Assembly: GCA_036507075.1 (NCBI GenBank)
Contig: DASXQR010000059.1
Location: forward strand, 31,850 to 95,849
Reading direction: 5' to 3'
Source: Acidobacteriota bacterium
GTDB taxonomy: Bacteria; Acidobacteriota; UBA6911; JACQSX01
Length of the DNA stretch: 64,000 bases
The notes under the pieces: generated by a model
Databases searched by the model: none
Told to the model about the DNA's origin: nothing
Seen by the model: only the letters and a program-made list of their open reading frames with translations
Made by a program: the position numbers and the translations under genes
Shown here: in pieces, positions 38,692 to 47,970 of the stretch
How positions within the stretch are numbered: the stretch's first letter is position 1
Layout: each line of letters starts with the position of its first letter

Positions 38692-41397
38692 TCAAGGAGT
38701 GGATACAGCGGACTGGAGGCGTCTCTTTTCCCGCTCAACCGTTCCCGGATCGGCGTCGGCCCATAAATCTTCGAACTGCTTGAGGTGCCTGGCGGCACTC
38801 TCGGGCGTCGTCCTTCTCAATGCCAACGACAGGCCGAGATGGGCGTCCGGCCAGTTGGGACAGATCTCAAGGGCCTTTCCATAAGCCGCGACTGCTTCGC
38901 TCGTTCTTCCCTGAGCGAGCAGCGCGTTACCCCACTCAGTGTCGAAATATGGCGCGTTTCCAATGCGCGCCGATTCCGCCGCTTTTGCAAACAGCGGCAG
39001 CGCCTCGCCTCCCTTTCCCTGCGCGAACATCAATTGGGCCTGGATACGATATGTGTAAGGCGACGATGCAAAACGCGCAGACACGTTGCGGTTGAGGGCT
39101 TCCAACTGGGGATGCTTCTTTTGCCGCAGAAAAACGTCAGCCAGCACGTTGAAAGTTTCAGGAGACTTCTCTTGATCAGGAATTCGCTCCAGTAACTGCC
39201 ACGCACGCTCCAGATCATCCTGCGCCACCGCCACCCGAGCCAAACCCGTGGATGCGAGCGACCAAAACCGAGGCGCAGCCTTTAAGGAGCTCAATTTCTC
39301 GTATACCTCCTGCGCCGTCTTCAACTGGCCGAGAGCCTCATAGACCAACCCTATTTCCAGCCTGGCGATTCCCTCGTCAAACTGTTCCGCTGCGGTGAAG
39401 TCCTGCAGAGCCTTGCTGTAGTCCCCGCGCGTCAAATGATACTCCCCCAAACGAACGAAGGTGACACCACGATAAGGCTCGATCTGGCGCATCTTCTGCA
39501 ACGCGACTTCGACTTCCTTCCACCGGTGTTGCTGGATCAGTGCCTGCATAAGGATGTCGGATGCGTAGTACGAGTACGGGTTCAAAACCTGCAGCAATCT
39601 GCCGGCAGACACGGCGCGGTCCCACAGGCTGTAGGTCATCGAGATTTCACCCGCCAGCGCAAGCGCGCGTTCGTCACCGCTGTAGTTCTTCATTATGGCG
39701 TCAACGGCGGCAATCGAGCCCGCCTTATCATGTTGTAAAACGCCGCTGATCGTTCTGACGAGGAACCGCTCTTTTTCCGGCGCGGAGGGCGCCTCGCGCA
39801 GGGCGCGCGTTCGCGCCTGCTCGATTTCATCCGGAGGACGCGAGGCGGAATATCGAGTTAACGCAAGCCGTCCCCAGGCCATGGAGAAGGCCGGATCTTC
39901 TGCAACTGCCTGCTGCAGATGACCGATCGCCTCGGAGAAGCTCGAATCGGCTTCGGCCTGTTCGGCCAGCAGGAAACTGCGATAAGCCGCCGGGCTCTTT
40001 GTTCCCAGCGCAGTGGGCTGCTTCTGCTCCAGCCTCAGGGCGAACTGCTGTGAGAAGAATGTCTGCGCCAGATCGTCCAGTTTGGACCAGAGCTCGCTGG
40101 TGAGCACTCTTCCGTTGACAACCTTGGCAAAAAGCACATTCCACTGAAGCGGATCGTTGAACGAACATTGGATATCAAAACTTTGCCCCAACTGTTTCAA
40201 CCGCGTCAGCAGCAAAAAGTTCGGTTTGATCCGGCGGCTGACTGCGCGCGCAGTCTCTTCATCGAGCGGGCCGCTCGTATCGCGCTGCAGGATCCTGAGC
40301 ACGTCGTGGATCTGACGCACAGAAATTGGCCGGGCGCTCTGATAAGCCTCCGCTCTCTCGCTTAACGCCTGGCTGACAGTCCAGGCATACTCGCTGTCCG
40401 GCACGGTGGAATCTTTCAACGGTAAAACCAGGATTGTTTTGGAGGCCGACGGTGTTGCGGCCGGCGGTCGCCAGTTCCGCCAGGCCAGAAAGGCGGCTGC
40501 GATTACAAAAATGAGCGCCGCTGCGATTGCGGTGAGGGCTTCCCGGGAGAACCTCTTCCTGGGAAACGCCACCGCGACTTCGCGGCCCTGGATGGCCTCC
40601 TCCAGCGCCTCTTGCAGCAGGCGCGCGCTTGCGGGCCTTTCCAGCGGATTCTTTCGCAACGACCATTGGATGATGTTCTTGACAGACGCCGGAACATCGC
40701 TTGCGGCCACATCGACTTCGTCCCGCGACACGATGCTTGCAATCGTGGCCGATGTCGTTTCTTTGAGGAACGGATTCTTGCCGGTAACCATCTCGTGAAG
40801 CACGGCGCCCAGGGCGAAGATATCGGACTGAATTGTCGCCGGTTTTCCATCCAGTTGCTCGGGAGACATATAGGAAAGCGTGCCGCGAATTCCTTCCGAT
40901 GTTCCCACGTGAGGAATGGTATCGGTGCGCTCATGCTCTGTGGCCTGGACTTCGGCCAATCCAAAATCAAGCAGTTTGACCTGACCCTCGCCGGTGACCA
41001 TGATATTGCCAGGCTTGATGTCGCGATGGACCATACCCTTTGTTTCGGCGGCTGCCAGCGCCGCGGCGACCTGCTGCGCGACCGAAAGCGCCTCGGCAAG
41101 GGGCAACGGTCCCTGTTCGAGTCGCTTGGCAACGGAGACGCCTTCCACCAGCTCCATCACGATGAATTCGATTCCGCTCTGCTGGCCGACTTCGTACACC
41201 GTGGCAACATTGGGGTGAGTCAAGCGCGACGCCGCGCGCGCTTCGCGCAGGATCGATGCTCCTCTTTCATCCGGGTGGATTAATTTGAGCGCGACAGGGC
41301 GTCGCAGCCGCAGGTCTTCCGCTTTGAAAACGGTCCCCATGCCGCCCTCGCCCAGCTTCCCGTCGATCCGGTAATGGCCAATCGTCTGCCCGATCAT
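38692..41397 (-). CDS. Membrane Ser/Thr protein kinase with C-terminal TPR repeats
   Basis: LGEGGMG, VALK, HRDIKPGN, DFGLA, YMSPEQ, DIFALG, then one TM helix and TPR-like repeats. Confidence 0.95.
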   Translation of the reverse strand: MIGQTIGHYRIDGKLGEGGMGTVFKAEDLRLRRPVALKLIHPDERGASILREARAASRLTHPNVATVYEVGQQSGIEFIVMELVEGVSVAKRLEQGPLPLAEALSVAQQVAAALAAAETKGMVHRDIKPGNIMVTGEGQVKLLDFGLAEVQATEHERTDTIPHVGTSEGIRGTLSYMSPEQLDGKPATIQSDIFALGAVLHEMVTGKNPFLKETTSATIASIVSRDEVDVAASDVPASVKNIIQWSLRKNPLERPASARLLQEALEEAIQGREVAVAFPRKRFSREALTAIAAALIFVIAAAFLAWRNWRPPAATPSASKTILVLPLKDSTVPDSEYAWTVSQALSERAEAYQSARPISVRQIHDVLRILQRDTSGPLDEETARAVSRRIKPNFLLLTRLKQLGQSFDIQCSFNDPLQWNVLFAKVVNGRVLTSELWSKLDDLAQTFFSQQFALRLEQKQPTALGTKSPAAYRSFLLAEQAEADSSFSEAIGHLQQAVAEDPAFSMAWGRLALTRYSASRPPDEIEQARTRALREAPSAPEKERFLVRTISGVLQHDKAGSIAAVDAIMKNYSGDERALALAGEISMTYSLWDRAVSAGRLLQVLNPYSYYASDILMQALIQQHRWKEVEVALQKMRQIEPYRGVTFVRLGEYHLTRGDYSKALQDFTAAEQFDEGIARLEIGLVYEALGQLKTAQEVYEKLSSLKAAPRFWSLASTGLARVAVAQDDLERAWQLLERIPDQEKSPETFNVLADVFLRQKKHPQLEALNRNVSARFASSPYTYRIQAQLMFAQGKGGEALPLFAKAAESARIGNAPYFDTEWGNALLAQGRTSEAVAAYGKALEICPNWPDAHLGLSLALRRTTPESAARHLKQFEDLWADADPGTVEREKRRLQSAVSTP

Positions 41398-41802
41398 CGG
41401 CTTGCTGCGCGGAGAAAAGCGGGGGGCATCAAAATGCACAAGTATCTGCCTCTAAATGCGCTTGCCGGAGAAAACAAATGCCGCCCGGAGATCATTGGCC
41501 AAATCTCAGAACCGTCACTACGTTGCATGTCAACGCCGGGCGGCGCGTCCCAGCTATCAATACGAACAACTATAGCAATTGGTTCGCCTTAGCAAGATTT
41601 ATTGTTTATACCAAAACGGCGCCAAATTTTAGACACAATGCGAGACGGGAAAAGTTGATCGAAAGACTCGGGAACCCTGGTTTCGAATCCCACCAGCAAG
41701 CCCGAATGCGGATTTCGGAATGCGGAATGCGGAATAAGAAGCGACTTGGCCTCAGCTTAGAGAACTCCAACCTGGATATATTCCGAAATCCGCATTTAAG
41801 GA

Positions 41803-42552
41803 TCATGGCGCCGGCGGCATTTCGTGGAAATTGGAATAGCGGCGCGATTCCCGTTGTCGCGCCCGGTTAAGGAGACGGCGCGTTCGTATTTCAAAGTGAA
41901 AGGAGTCGGGAAGCCAGTCACCGGTGATCTGTTGTTGACCGTAGAAGATTTCCATTTTGGTCACCCTGGCCAGAAATAGTTTGTAATTTACTGGTCGAAA
42001 AAGCTGCGCGCGCGCTTTCAATAATTGTTTCTGATCAAATAAGACCCACAGGTCACCCTGAAGGCTGGACATCAGCTTCTCCAGATTACTCCTGGCCTGA
42101 GGCTGGTTCTTCTTGGGAGTGAAATGGATTCGAGCGACATCGCGTCCCTGAAACTTCTCGAATGCGGCGATCTTGAAGTCGTATCGTTGAGCGACCTTCT
42201 CAAAATTCCAGTCAGGCACTCCCTCAGGTGCTGGTTCTTTGACAAAGGGCTCGTCAACTAACCTGCCGTCGACTTGCAGGCGACGGCTTTCGCGCAGGTC
42301 GCCTTTCACCCGCCACTCGAATTTCTCATGAGTTGATGCCGCTACGCGGTCATGCGAATCCAGTTTGTCGCTGACTCGATCCTCCTGGTACGCCCAGTTT
42401 CGAAGTTTAACGGGCTTCTGAATTTGGACAAATTTCTGGATAATTCTTTCAGCGTCGCCGGCGTCGAAAGCCGGCTTGTCAGCAGGGAGAGCGGTAACTG
42501 AAAGTACGAGCAGGATCAAAAGGCAGCGCAGCAGGCGTTTTCCCAGCATCAA
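41803..42552 (-). CDS. Secreted hypothetical protein (beta-rich, MucB/LolA-like fold possible)
   Basis: Signal peptide and YDFK...IHFTPK...GDLWV pattern. Confidence 0.65.
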   Translation of the reverse strand: MMLGKRLLRCLLILLVLSVTALPADKPAFDAGDAERIIQKFVQIQKPVKLRNWAYQEDRVSDKLDSHDRVAASTHEKFEWRVKGDLRESRRLQVDGRLVDEPFVKEPAPEGVPDWNFEKVAQRYDFKIAAFEKFQGRDVARIHFTPKKNQPQARSNLEKLMSSLQGDLWVLFDQKQLLKARAQLFRPVNYKLFLARVTKMEIFYGQQQITGDWLPDSFHFEIRTRRLLNRARQRESRRYSNFHEMPPAP

Positions 42553-42581
42553 GCGAACTCAAACTTACCAAATCCTGGAGA

Positions 42582-42815
42582 TCACCACTTGAAATCCGGC
42601 GGGTAATAAAGTTGAGAGCAGACCTGGCACCGCAACAATGCGATGTTTTTTCGGCGTCTGCCGATCTCGCGTTCGATTTCCTTCTGGCGCTTGCGATCTT
42701 CCTCGTTGAAATAGTCTGAAAAAGGGTAGTAGACCTTCAAAGACCCGTCGCAACGCTTCCCTTTGGCGTCCTTCTCCGTGCAGACATGCTGATCGGGTTG
42801 TAGCGGTTTAATCAT
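42582..42815 (-). CDS. Small Cys-containing protein, possible zinc ribbon
   Basis: HVC...RC...CQVC. Co-oriented, 44 bp downstream of the cytochrome b gene. Confidence 0.65.
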   Translation of the reverse strand: MIKPLQPDQHVCTEKDAKGKRCDGSLKVYYPFSDYFNEEDRKRQKEIEREIGRRRKNIALLRCQVCSQLYYPPDFKW

Positions 42816-42859
42816 TCAAGTGGAAAGTTAACAGAGAGAAGTTATCAGGTCCAAGAAGT

Positions 42860-44386
42860 TTACTTGAATCTGAGCAGAAAATCGCTCAGGTCGGAGAGTT
42901 CCTGATCGCTGAGGTAATCGAAGGCCGGCATCTTGGATTTAGGCACCAGTTTCTCCGGGTCCTTAAAGTGCTCGATCATCCATTTTTTGTCCCGCTTCGA
43001 CCCCACACGATCCAGGCTGGGACCGCTGATTCCACCCGCTCCGAGCAGGGTGTGACATCCGCCGCAGGAGTTCAGCACAAACAGGCCCGCACCGTGCAGT
43101 TCTGCGGGACTCAGATCGAGCTTCGGCCGGGCCTGCATATAGGCCGAAAGCGTGCTCGCAACGCGAGCGGAGATTTTCGGGGAGGTCGCCAGTTGCACGT
43201 TCTTATCGCGCGCGTGCTGCTGGATCCAGGCGTCGTCGGGAACTCCTTTGAGCCTATCGAGTTGATGGCAGGAGGCGCACTTCTGGCCGAAAAAGAATGC
43301 TCCGGACGTTTCCGCCACGCCTATGCCGGTCGCCGCAGGAGGGCTGCCGCGGCTCCCGAGAAAAGTCAGCACGACCAGGCAAAGGACGAATACGCCGCCC
43401 GCTGCGGCAAAAGGCTTGCGCGCGCCGATTCGTCTCTCCGGCTTTCGGTCCAGGAACGGCAGCGCAAGCAGCACCAGAAAAACCAGGGCCGGCACTACCA
43501 TCGCGCCCACAATCTCCAGTTTGCCGGGAAAATACTTCAGCAACTGATAGAGCGGAAGAAAATACCAGTCCGGCTTCGGCTCGGCGCCGGAAGCATTCAA
43601 ATCCGCCGGCGCCTCCAGCGGCGCCGAGCGCATCAGCGACAGCGCAAGCAGGACAACAAATGCCACAAAAATCATGGTGGCGTCGCGCGCCGCATGCCGC
43701 GGATAAAACTCCTCCCTTTCGGGGTCCTGCTCATATTTTGGAGGCGCGGTAATTCCGTGGCGTCTCATCAGCGACAGGTGCGCCACGATCAGAGCCACGA
43801 TCAATGCCGGAAGCACCACGACGTGGAGCGTATAAAAACGCGTCAGCGTCATGGCGCCCACCTGGCTTCCGCCGCGCAGAAAAGTGCTTATATAGCTTCC
43901 CAGCACCGGCGCCAGGCCGGCGATGTTGGTGCCGACCACGGTTCCCCAGTAAGCCTTCTGATCCCAGGGAAGCAAATATCCTGTGAATCCAAAGGCGAGC
44001 ACCAGCAGCAGCAGGAACACGCCGCTCATCCATGTCAATTCTCGCGGGGCCTTGTAGGATCCATAGAAAAAGACGCGCCCCATGTGCAGGAACACCACGA
44101 TCACCATAAAGCTGGCGCCCCAATGGTGGAGCGCGCGCACCAAGCCTCCTAGAACCACCTGATACTGGATATAGCGCACGCTGGCATACGCGGACTGCGG
44201 AGTGGGCGCGTAATAAAGCGCCAGAACAATGCCCGTAATGACCTGGACAATGAAGAAGAAGAGCGCGAGGCTTCCCAGCGTATAGAACCAGTTGATGCGC
44301 GACGGAACGTTTTCGCGCATCCAATGATTCCAGAGATGATCCACGCCCGAGCGGGAGCGGAACCAGTCAGCGAGGCGACGCAGCAT
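42860..44386 (-). CDS. Cytochrome b (b6 + subunit IV) fused to two c-type heme motifs
   Basis: HHWGAS, FLHMGR, GYLLPWDQKAYW, RFYTLH, KPDWYFL. CASCH and CGGCH. Confidence 0.93.
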   Translation of the reverse strand: MLRRLADWFRSRSGVDHLWNHWMRENVPSRINWFYTLGSLALFFFIVQVITGIVLALYYAPTPQSAYASVRYIQYQVVLGGLVRALHHWGASFMVIVVFLHMGRVFFYGSYKAPRELTWMSGVFLLLLVLAFGFTGYLLPWDQKAYWGTVVGTNIAGLAPVLGSYISTFLRGGSQVGAMTLTRFYTLHVVVLPALIVALIVAHLSLMRRHGITAPPKYEQDPEREEFYPRHAARDATMIFVAFVVLLALSLMRSAPLEAPADLNASGAEPKPDWYFLPLYQLLKYFPGKLEIVGAMVVPALVFLVLLALPFLDRKPERRIGARKPFAAAGGVFVLCLVVLTFLGSRGSPPAATGIGVAETSGAFFFGQKCASCHQLDRLKGVPDDAWIQQHARDKNVQLATSPKISARVASTLSAYMQARPKLDLSPAELHGAGLFVLNSCGGCHTLLGAGGISGPSLDRVGSKRDKKWMIEHFKDPEKLVPKSKMPAFDYLSDQELSDLSDFLLRFK

Positions 44387-44388
44387 TT

Positions 44389-44853
44389 CTATCCGGATCG
44401 AATAACGAGCTTGTTATCGCGAATTTCAGCGGGTATTTCTTCCAGCGGTCGCGGCGGCGGCCCCGCTACGACGTCGCCGTTCAGATTGTACTGGCCGCCG
44501 TGACAGGGACAGTTGAATTTCTTGTCGCTCTCGTCCCAATCCACCTGGCAGCCAAGATGAGTGCACACCGGAGAAAATACCCTCACCTTGCCGCCACTCT
44601 TAACCACAAAAACTTTTCTCTGAATACGTTGCTGGTTCCAGCCGTCGGAGCGAAGAATCTCGACCATTTTCACCTGGGGCGCGTTGTCAGGAATCTGCCC
44701 GACCTCTCCCAGGTCAACTCCCTGAGGAAGCGAACCCGACTTTTTGAAGACAGGAGAAAACGCCGCGCCCAGTGTGAGGGCGGATAAAATTCCGGCGGGG
44801 ATCGCAGCAAAAAACCAGAACGTCGTCTTGAAAAACTCCCGGCGAGAATCCAT
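44389..44853 (-). CDS. Rieske 2Fe-2S subunit of the bc complex
   Basis: SRREFF Tat signal, CTHLGC, CPCHGG, GPPPRPL. Confidence 0.95.
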   Translation of the reverse strand: MDSRREFFKTTFWFFAAIPAGILSALTLGAAFSPVFKKSGSLPQGVDLGEVGQIPDNAPQVKMVEILRSDGWNQQRIQRKVFVVKSGGKVRVFSPVCTHLGCQVDWDESDKKFNCPCHGGQYNLNGDVVAGPPPRPLEEIPAEIRDNKLVIRSG

Positions 44854-45072
44854 GCAGTTGACCCAGGCAAAAAAACTAAGAGATTACTCAGCTCAAAGCT
44901 GCCAAGGTTAACAAAGCATGAGTGCGAGTGCAATCGCGTTTGAATTTAAGCACGCCGGCGATCGAGCTTCGGGCCATCCTGCCTTTGTGGCAAATCTAGA
45001 ATGCCACGAAGACACGATGACACGAAGACTGGAATGGGCCCTCACTGATCAAGATTGCCGGGGCTTCCTCTG

Positions 45073-45360
45073 TCAGAGAATGAAGCGTCTCAGTCCAGAA
45101 TGCAGAAACTTCGAATTAAAGTTCATCAGAAGCCCGACACGTTTACCCGTGACACGCAAGTAGGTCAGAAGTTGTGCCTCAAACAGAGGGTCGAGCCTTT
45201 CAACACTTTTGACTTCCACGATAACGGAGTCTTCCACCAGAAGGTCGAGTCGGTATTCACCAAGGCGCTGGGATTTGTAGAAGCCGGGACCCGGACTTCA
45301 CGTTCGTAGCGTAGACCGGCTTCTTCGAATTCAATGCACAAGGCAGTCTTCGTGGCATAT
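45073..45360 (-). pseudogene. GxxExxY family protein remnant (frameshifted, N-terminus missing)
   Basis: Manual translation: ALCIEFEEAGLRYEREVRVP, a frameshift near 45280, then YKSQRLGEYRLDLLVEDSVIVEVKSV...AQLLTYLRVTGKRVGLLMNFN...GLRRFIL*. Confidence 0.8.
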
Positions 45361-45380
45361 GGGGATCCGGTTCAGATGCC

Positions 45381-46820
45381 TTAACCGTGAAGTTGGCTTT
45401 CCTGCCAATCGTCTGAAAGGTGCTGGCCGGTGAAAATTCGAACTTGCTCGGCTGCCTGATGAACGAACATTTCCCAGCCCGAAATTGTCTGCAATCCCAT
45501 TTCAGCCGCCTTGCAGAGGAACAGGGTTTTCCGCGGGTTGTAAACAAGATCGTAAGCGATGCGGAAGTTTTGAAGGCAAGACGCCGGAATCGGACTTTTG
45601 TTTTCCAAAGGCGCCATTCCTACCGGTGTGGCATTGACAATCAAGTCTCCCGCAACGCCCGAAGCTTCGTTGAGCAGCCGGGTCTTGACGGAAAAGTCGC
45701 GTTCAAATTGTGCAAGGGCCTCCGCCCGGCGAGCCAGTACAGTTACGCGGGCGCCCTCCGATCGGAGGGCGGCTACCGCGCTGCGAGCCGCGCCGCCTGC
45801 GCCGATTACCGTAACACCGGCATCTTTGAGGGCAAGGCGCGTTCGCAACGGCTGCAGAAAACCGTGCCAATCCGTGTTCCAGCCCAGCAACCGCCTCCCG
45901 TCAGGCATCACCGTGTTGACGGCTCCACTCTCCCGCGAAGCTGCGTCCTGAAGCCGGCAAGCCTGCGCCATTTCGCTTTTCCACGGAATCGTTACGCTCC
46001 AACCGGCGATGTTCAGTTCCGAGGCCAGCCGCAGATAGCAGGACAAGTCATCCACCCGAATCGAAACGTAGACGGCATCCAGTCCGAGCGAACTGTAGGC
46101 GGCGTTGTGAAAGGAGGGGGAAAGGGAATGTCCAATAGGATTTCCGATTACCGCGAAGACCCGGGTCGTCTTGCCGAGCTTGCCAAAGCGGTACTGGCTC
46201 AGGTCCTCCCCGGTAAGCTGCCCGTCGGCTGTCGGCTTGTCCAAAGCGGCATAACTCCATTCAGCGCCCAGTTGCGGCGCCAGAAGCCGCAGCGGTTTGC
46301 CGTCGAGCCCCATTCCAAAGACGACGTGCCTGCGATTCTGCTGCAACAGCCATCGCGCCCCCTGTACCAGAGCAAGCATGTCACGGGTCTGTTGGACGCG
46401 CGTGGCCACTTTGATGATGGCGCGCGGCATCGCCGCCATTTGACGCACTATGGACAGAATATCAACCGGCGTCTTTTCAAAATCATGAAACGAGAGCACA
46501 GTTCTTTCACCTGCGTCCAACTCCTGTGCCAGGCCGGAGCGCCATTCCACGTCCACCAGCGACGCGCCGCGCTGCAAGGCCGACCGGTATTCGGCCAGCC
46601 GCCGGTTCTGCCGCGGATTGTTCTTTCCTCCTTCGGCGGTGTTGCGATGAGTCCATATCAAAGGGCGTTCGGCGGCTCGGAAAATCACGTCCAGATCGGG
46701 CTCTTCGGTAAACGCATCCGCACGGATTTCGAAAAGGTCGCAGTTGGATGCGAGCCGGCGTATCTTTTCACAACACTCTGCTGTGCTGGCGGGAGAAAGC
46801 GGGACACAAACGCGGGTCAT
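45381..46820 (-). CDS. aroDE: Fused type I 3-dehydroquinate dehydratase / shikimate dehydrogenase
   Basis: FEIRAD, VDVE, LSFHDF, IKVA, then GNPIGHSLSP, SVTIPWK, GAVNT, NTDW, GAGGAA, NATPVG, DLVYNP. Confidence 0.92.
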   Translation of the reverse strand: MTRVCVPLSPASTAECCEKIRRLASNCDLFEIRADAFTEEPDLDVIFRAAERPLIWTHRNTAEGGKNNPRQNRRLAEYRSALQRGASLVDVEWRSGLAQELDAGERTVLSFHDFEKTPVDILSIVRQMAAMPRAIIKVATRVQQTRDMLALVQGARWLLQQNRRHVVFGMGLDGKPLRLLAPQLGAEWSYAALDKPTADGQLTGEDLSQYRFGKLGKTTRVFAVIGNPIGHSLSPSFHNAAYSSLGLDAVYVSIRVDDLSCYLRLASELNIAGWSVTIPWKSEMAQACRLQDAASRESGAVNTVMPDGRRLLGWNTDWHGFLQPLRTRLALKDAGVTVIGAGGAARSAVAALRSEGARVTVLARRAEALAQFERDFSVKTRLLNEASGVAGDLIVNATPVGMAPLENKSPIPASCLQNFRIAYDLVYNPRKTLFLCKAAEMGLQTISGWEMFVHQAAEQVRIFTGQHLSDDWQESQLHG

Positions 46821-46826
46821 AGCGCT

Positions 46827-47369
46827 TTAATCCCGAAATACCTGTGCGTTGAACTTCTCCAACCGGGCCCCTCGCGCCCAGGCATCACGCGGCAATCCCG
46901 CCTTGGCACAGGTTTCTTCCAACAGCCGCGTGGCATCCCAGCCAAACCGCAACGCCACCTGAGGCAGGAGAAGGGCTCGATTAGGGCCGCGCGTAATCTG
47001 GACTCCGTCACTACCCACGCGTATTTCAAGTGGGTGGCGAAAATCAGCGAACCCCGACAAGACGGAGATCTCGAAACTCAATCGGGCGAGCTCCGGCAAA
47101 TCAAGCGGCGGAAAGCGCGGATCGCGGAAGGCGGCCGAAAGCGTGGACTCAATTACGTTGCGATAAAGCGGGCGGGTTGCATCCAGCATCCCTACGCATC
47201 CGCGCAGGCGATCGCGGTAATAGAGCGATACAAACACCGCCGATGGAGCAGCCAGCGGTAAACGAAGGGGACGGTATTCGGTGCTCCGCCGGCCGTCGTA
47301 GAAGAGTTCCAGAGTCCTTCGAGCAAGGGCCAGGAGCTCTGACTGCTCTCCCGGTCCCAGTTCAGACAT
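46827..47369 (-). CDS. AMMECR1 domain protein (AmmeMemoRadiSam protein A)
   Basis: FVSL...LRGCVG, DPRF, EISVL, LLLPQVA, CAKAG. Confidence 0.92.
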   Translation of the reverse strand: MSELGPGEQSELLALARRTLELFYDGRRSTEYRPLRLPLAAPSAVFVSLYYRDRLRGCVGMLDATRPLYRNVIESTLSAAFRDPRFPPLDLPELARLSFEISVLSGFADFRHPLEIRVGSDGVQITRGPNRALLLPQVALRFGWDATRLLEETCAKAGLPRDAWARGARLEKFNAQVFRD

Positions 47370-47970
47370 TGGTTTTCTCGCGACGCTTCGCCATCAGATG
47401 AATCCTGCGCTGGCGCTGCCGGTACTTTACCCTCTCATCGATCTGGCTCCAGAAGCGCAGGAAATACTGGATCATTGAAATGATGGAAAATACCACGACC
47501 GCCCACAACAGGCGGTCGCCCATCCATTTCAGAATGGAATCCTCAGACGTGCTGCCGAAGATCAACAGCGTGATGGCCAGCACCTGAAATACCATCTTGA
47601 ATTTGCCCATCGTCGAGGCATCGATCGTGAAACCTTCCGACGAAGCGATATTTCTTAGTCCGCTGACGGCAAACTCACGGCCAATGATCACAACCACCGC
47701 CCACGCGGGCGCAATCTTCATTTCCACCAGCGCAATGAACGCCGAAGAGATCAGTAATTTGTCCGCGATCGGATCGAGCAGGATGCCGAGAGTGGTTACC
47801 TGGTTGCGCTTGCGCGCCAGATAGCCGTCAAACCAATCGGTAAGAGAGGCGGCTACAAAGAGCAAACCACCCCACAACTCACGACGCTCGATGCTGCCTG
47901 TCAGCAGGATTGCCACCAGCAGCGGAATCACGAAAATCCGGGAGATGGTGAGCGAATTGGGAAGATTCAT
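47362..47970 (-). CDS. pgsA: CDP-diacylglycerol--glycerol-3-phosphate 3-phosphatidyltransferase
   Basis: MNLPNSLTISRI, TDWFDGYLARKRNQVTTLGILLDPIADK, REFAVSGLR. Confidence 0.95.
   Translation of the reverse strand: MNLPNSLTISRIFVIPLLVAILLTGSIERRELWGGLLFVAASLTDWFDGYLARKRNQVTTLGILLDPIADKLLISSAFIALVEMKIAPAWAVVVIIGREFAVSGLRNIASSEGFTIDASTMGKFKMVFQVLAITLLIFGSTSEDSILKWMGDRLLWAVVVFSIISMIQYFLRFWSQIDERVKYRQRQRRIHLMAKRREKTNV

Noticed and set aside
45420..47261. 613-aa plus-strand ORF (likewise 42968..44152 and 55467..56753)
   Set aside because: These lie antisense to well-supported genes and show no domain signal. Long shadow ORFs are common in GC-rich DNA.
46827..47369. Complete AmmeMemoRadiSam system
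   Set aside because: Only protein A is present. No Memo gene or cognate radical SAM gene is adjacent.
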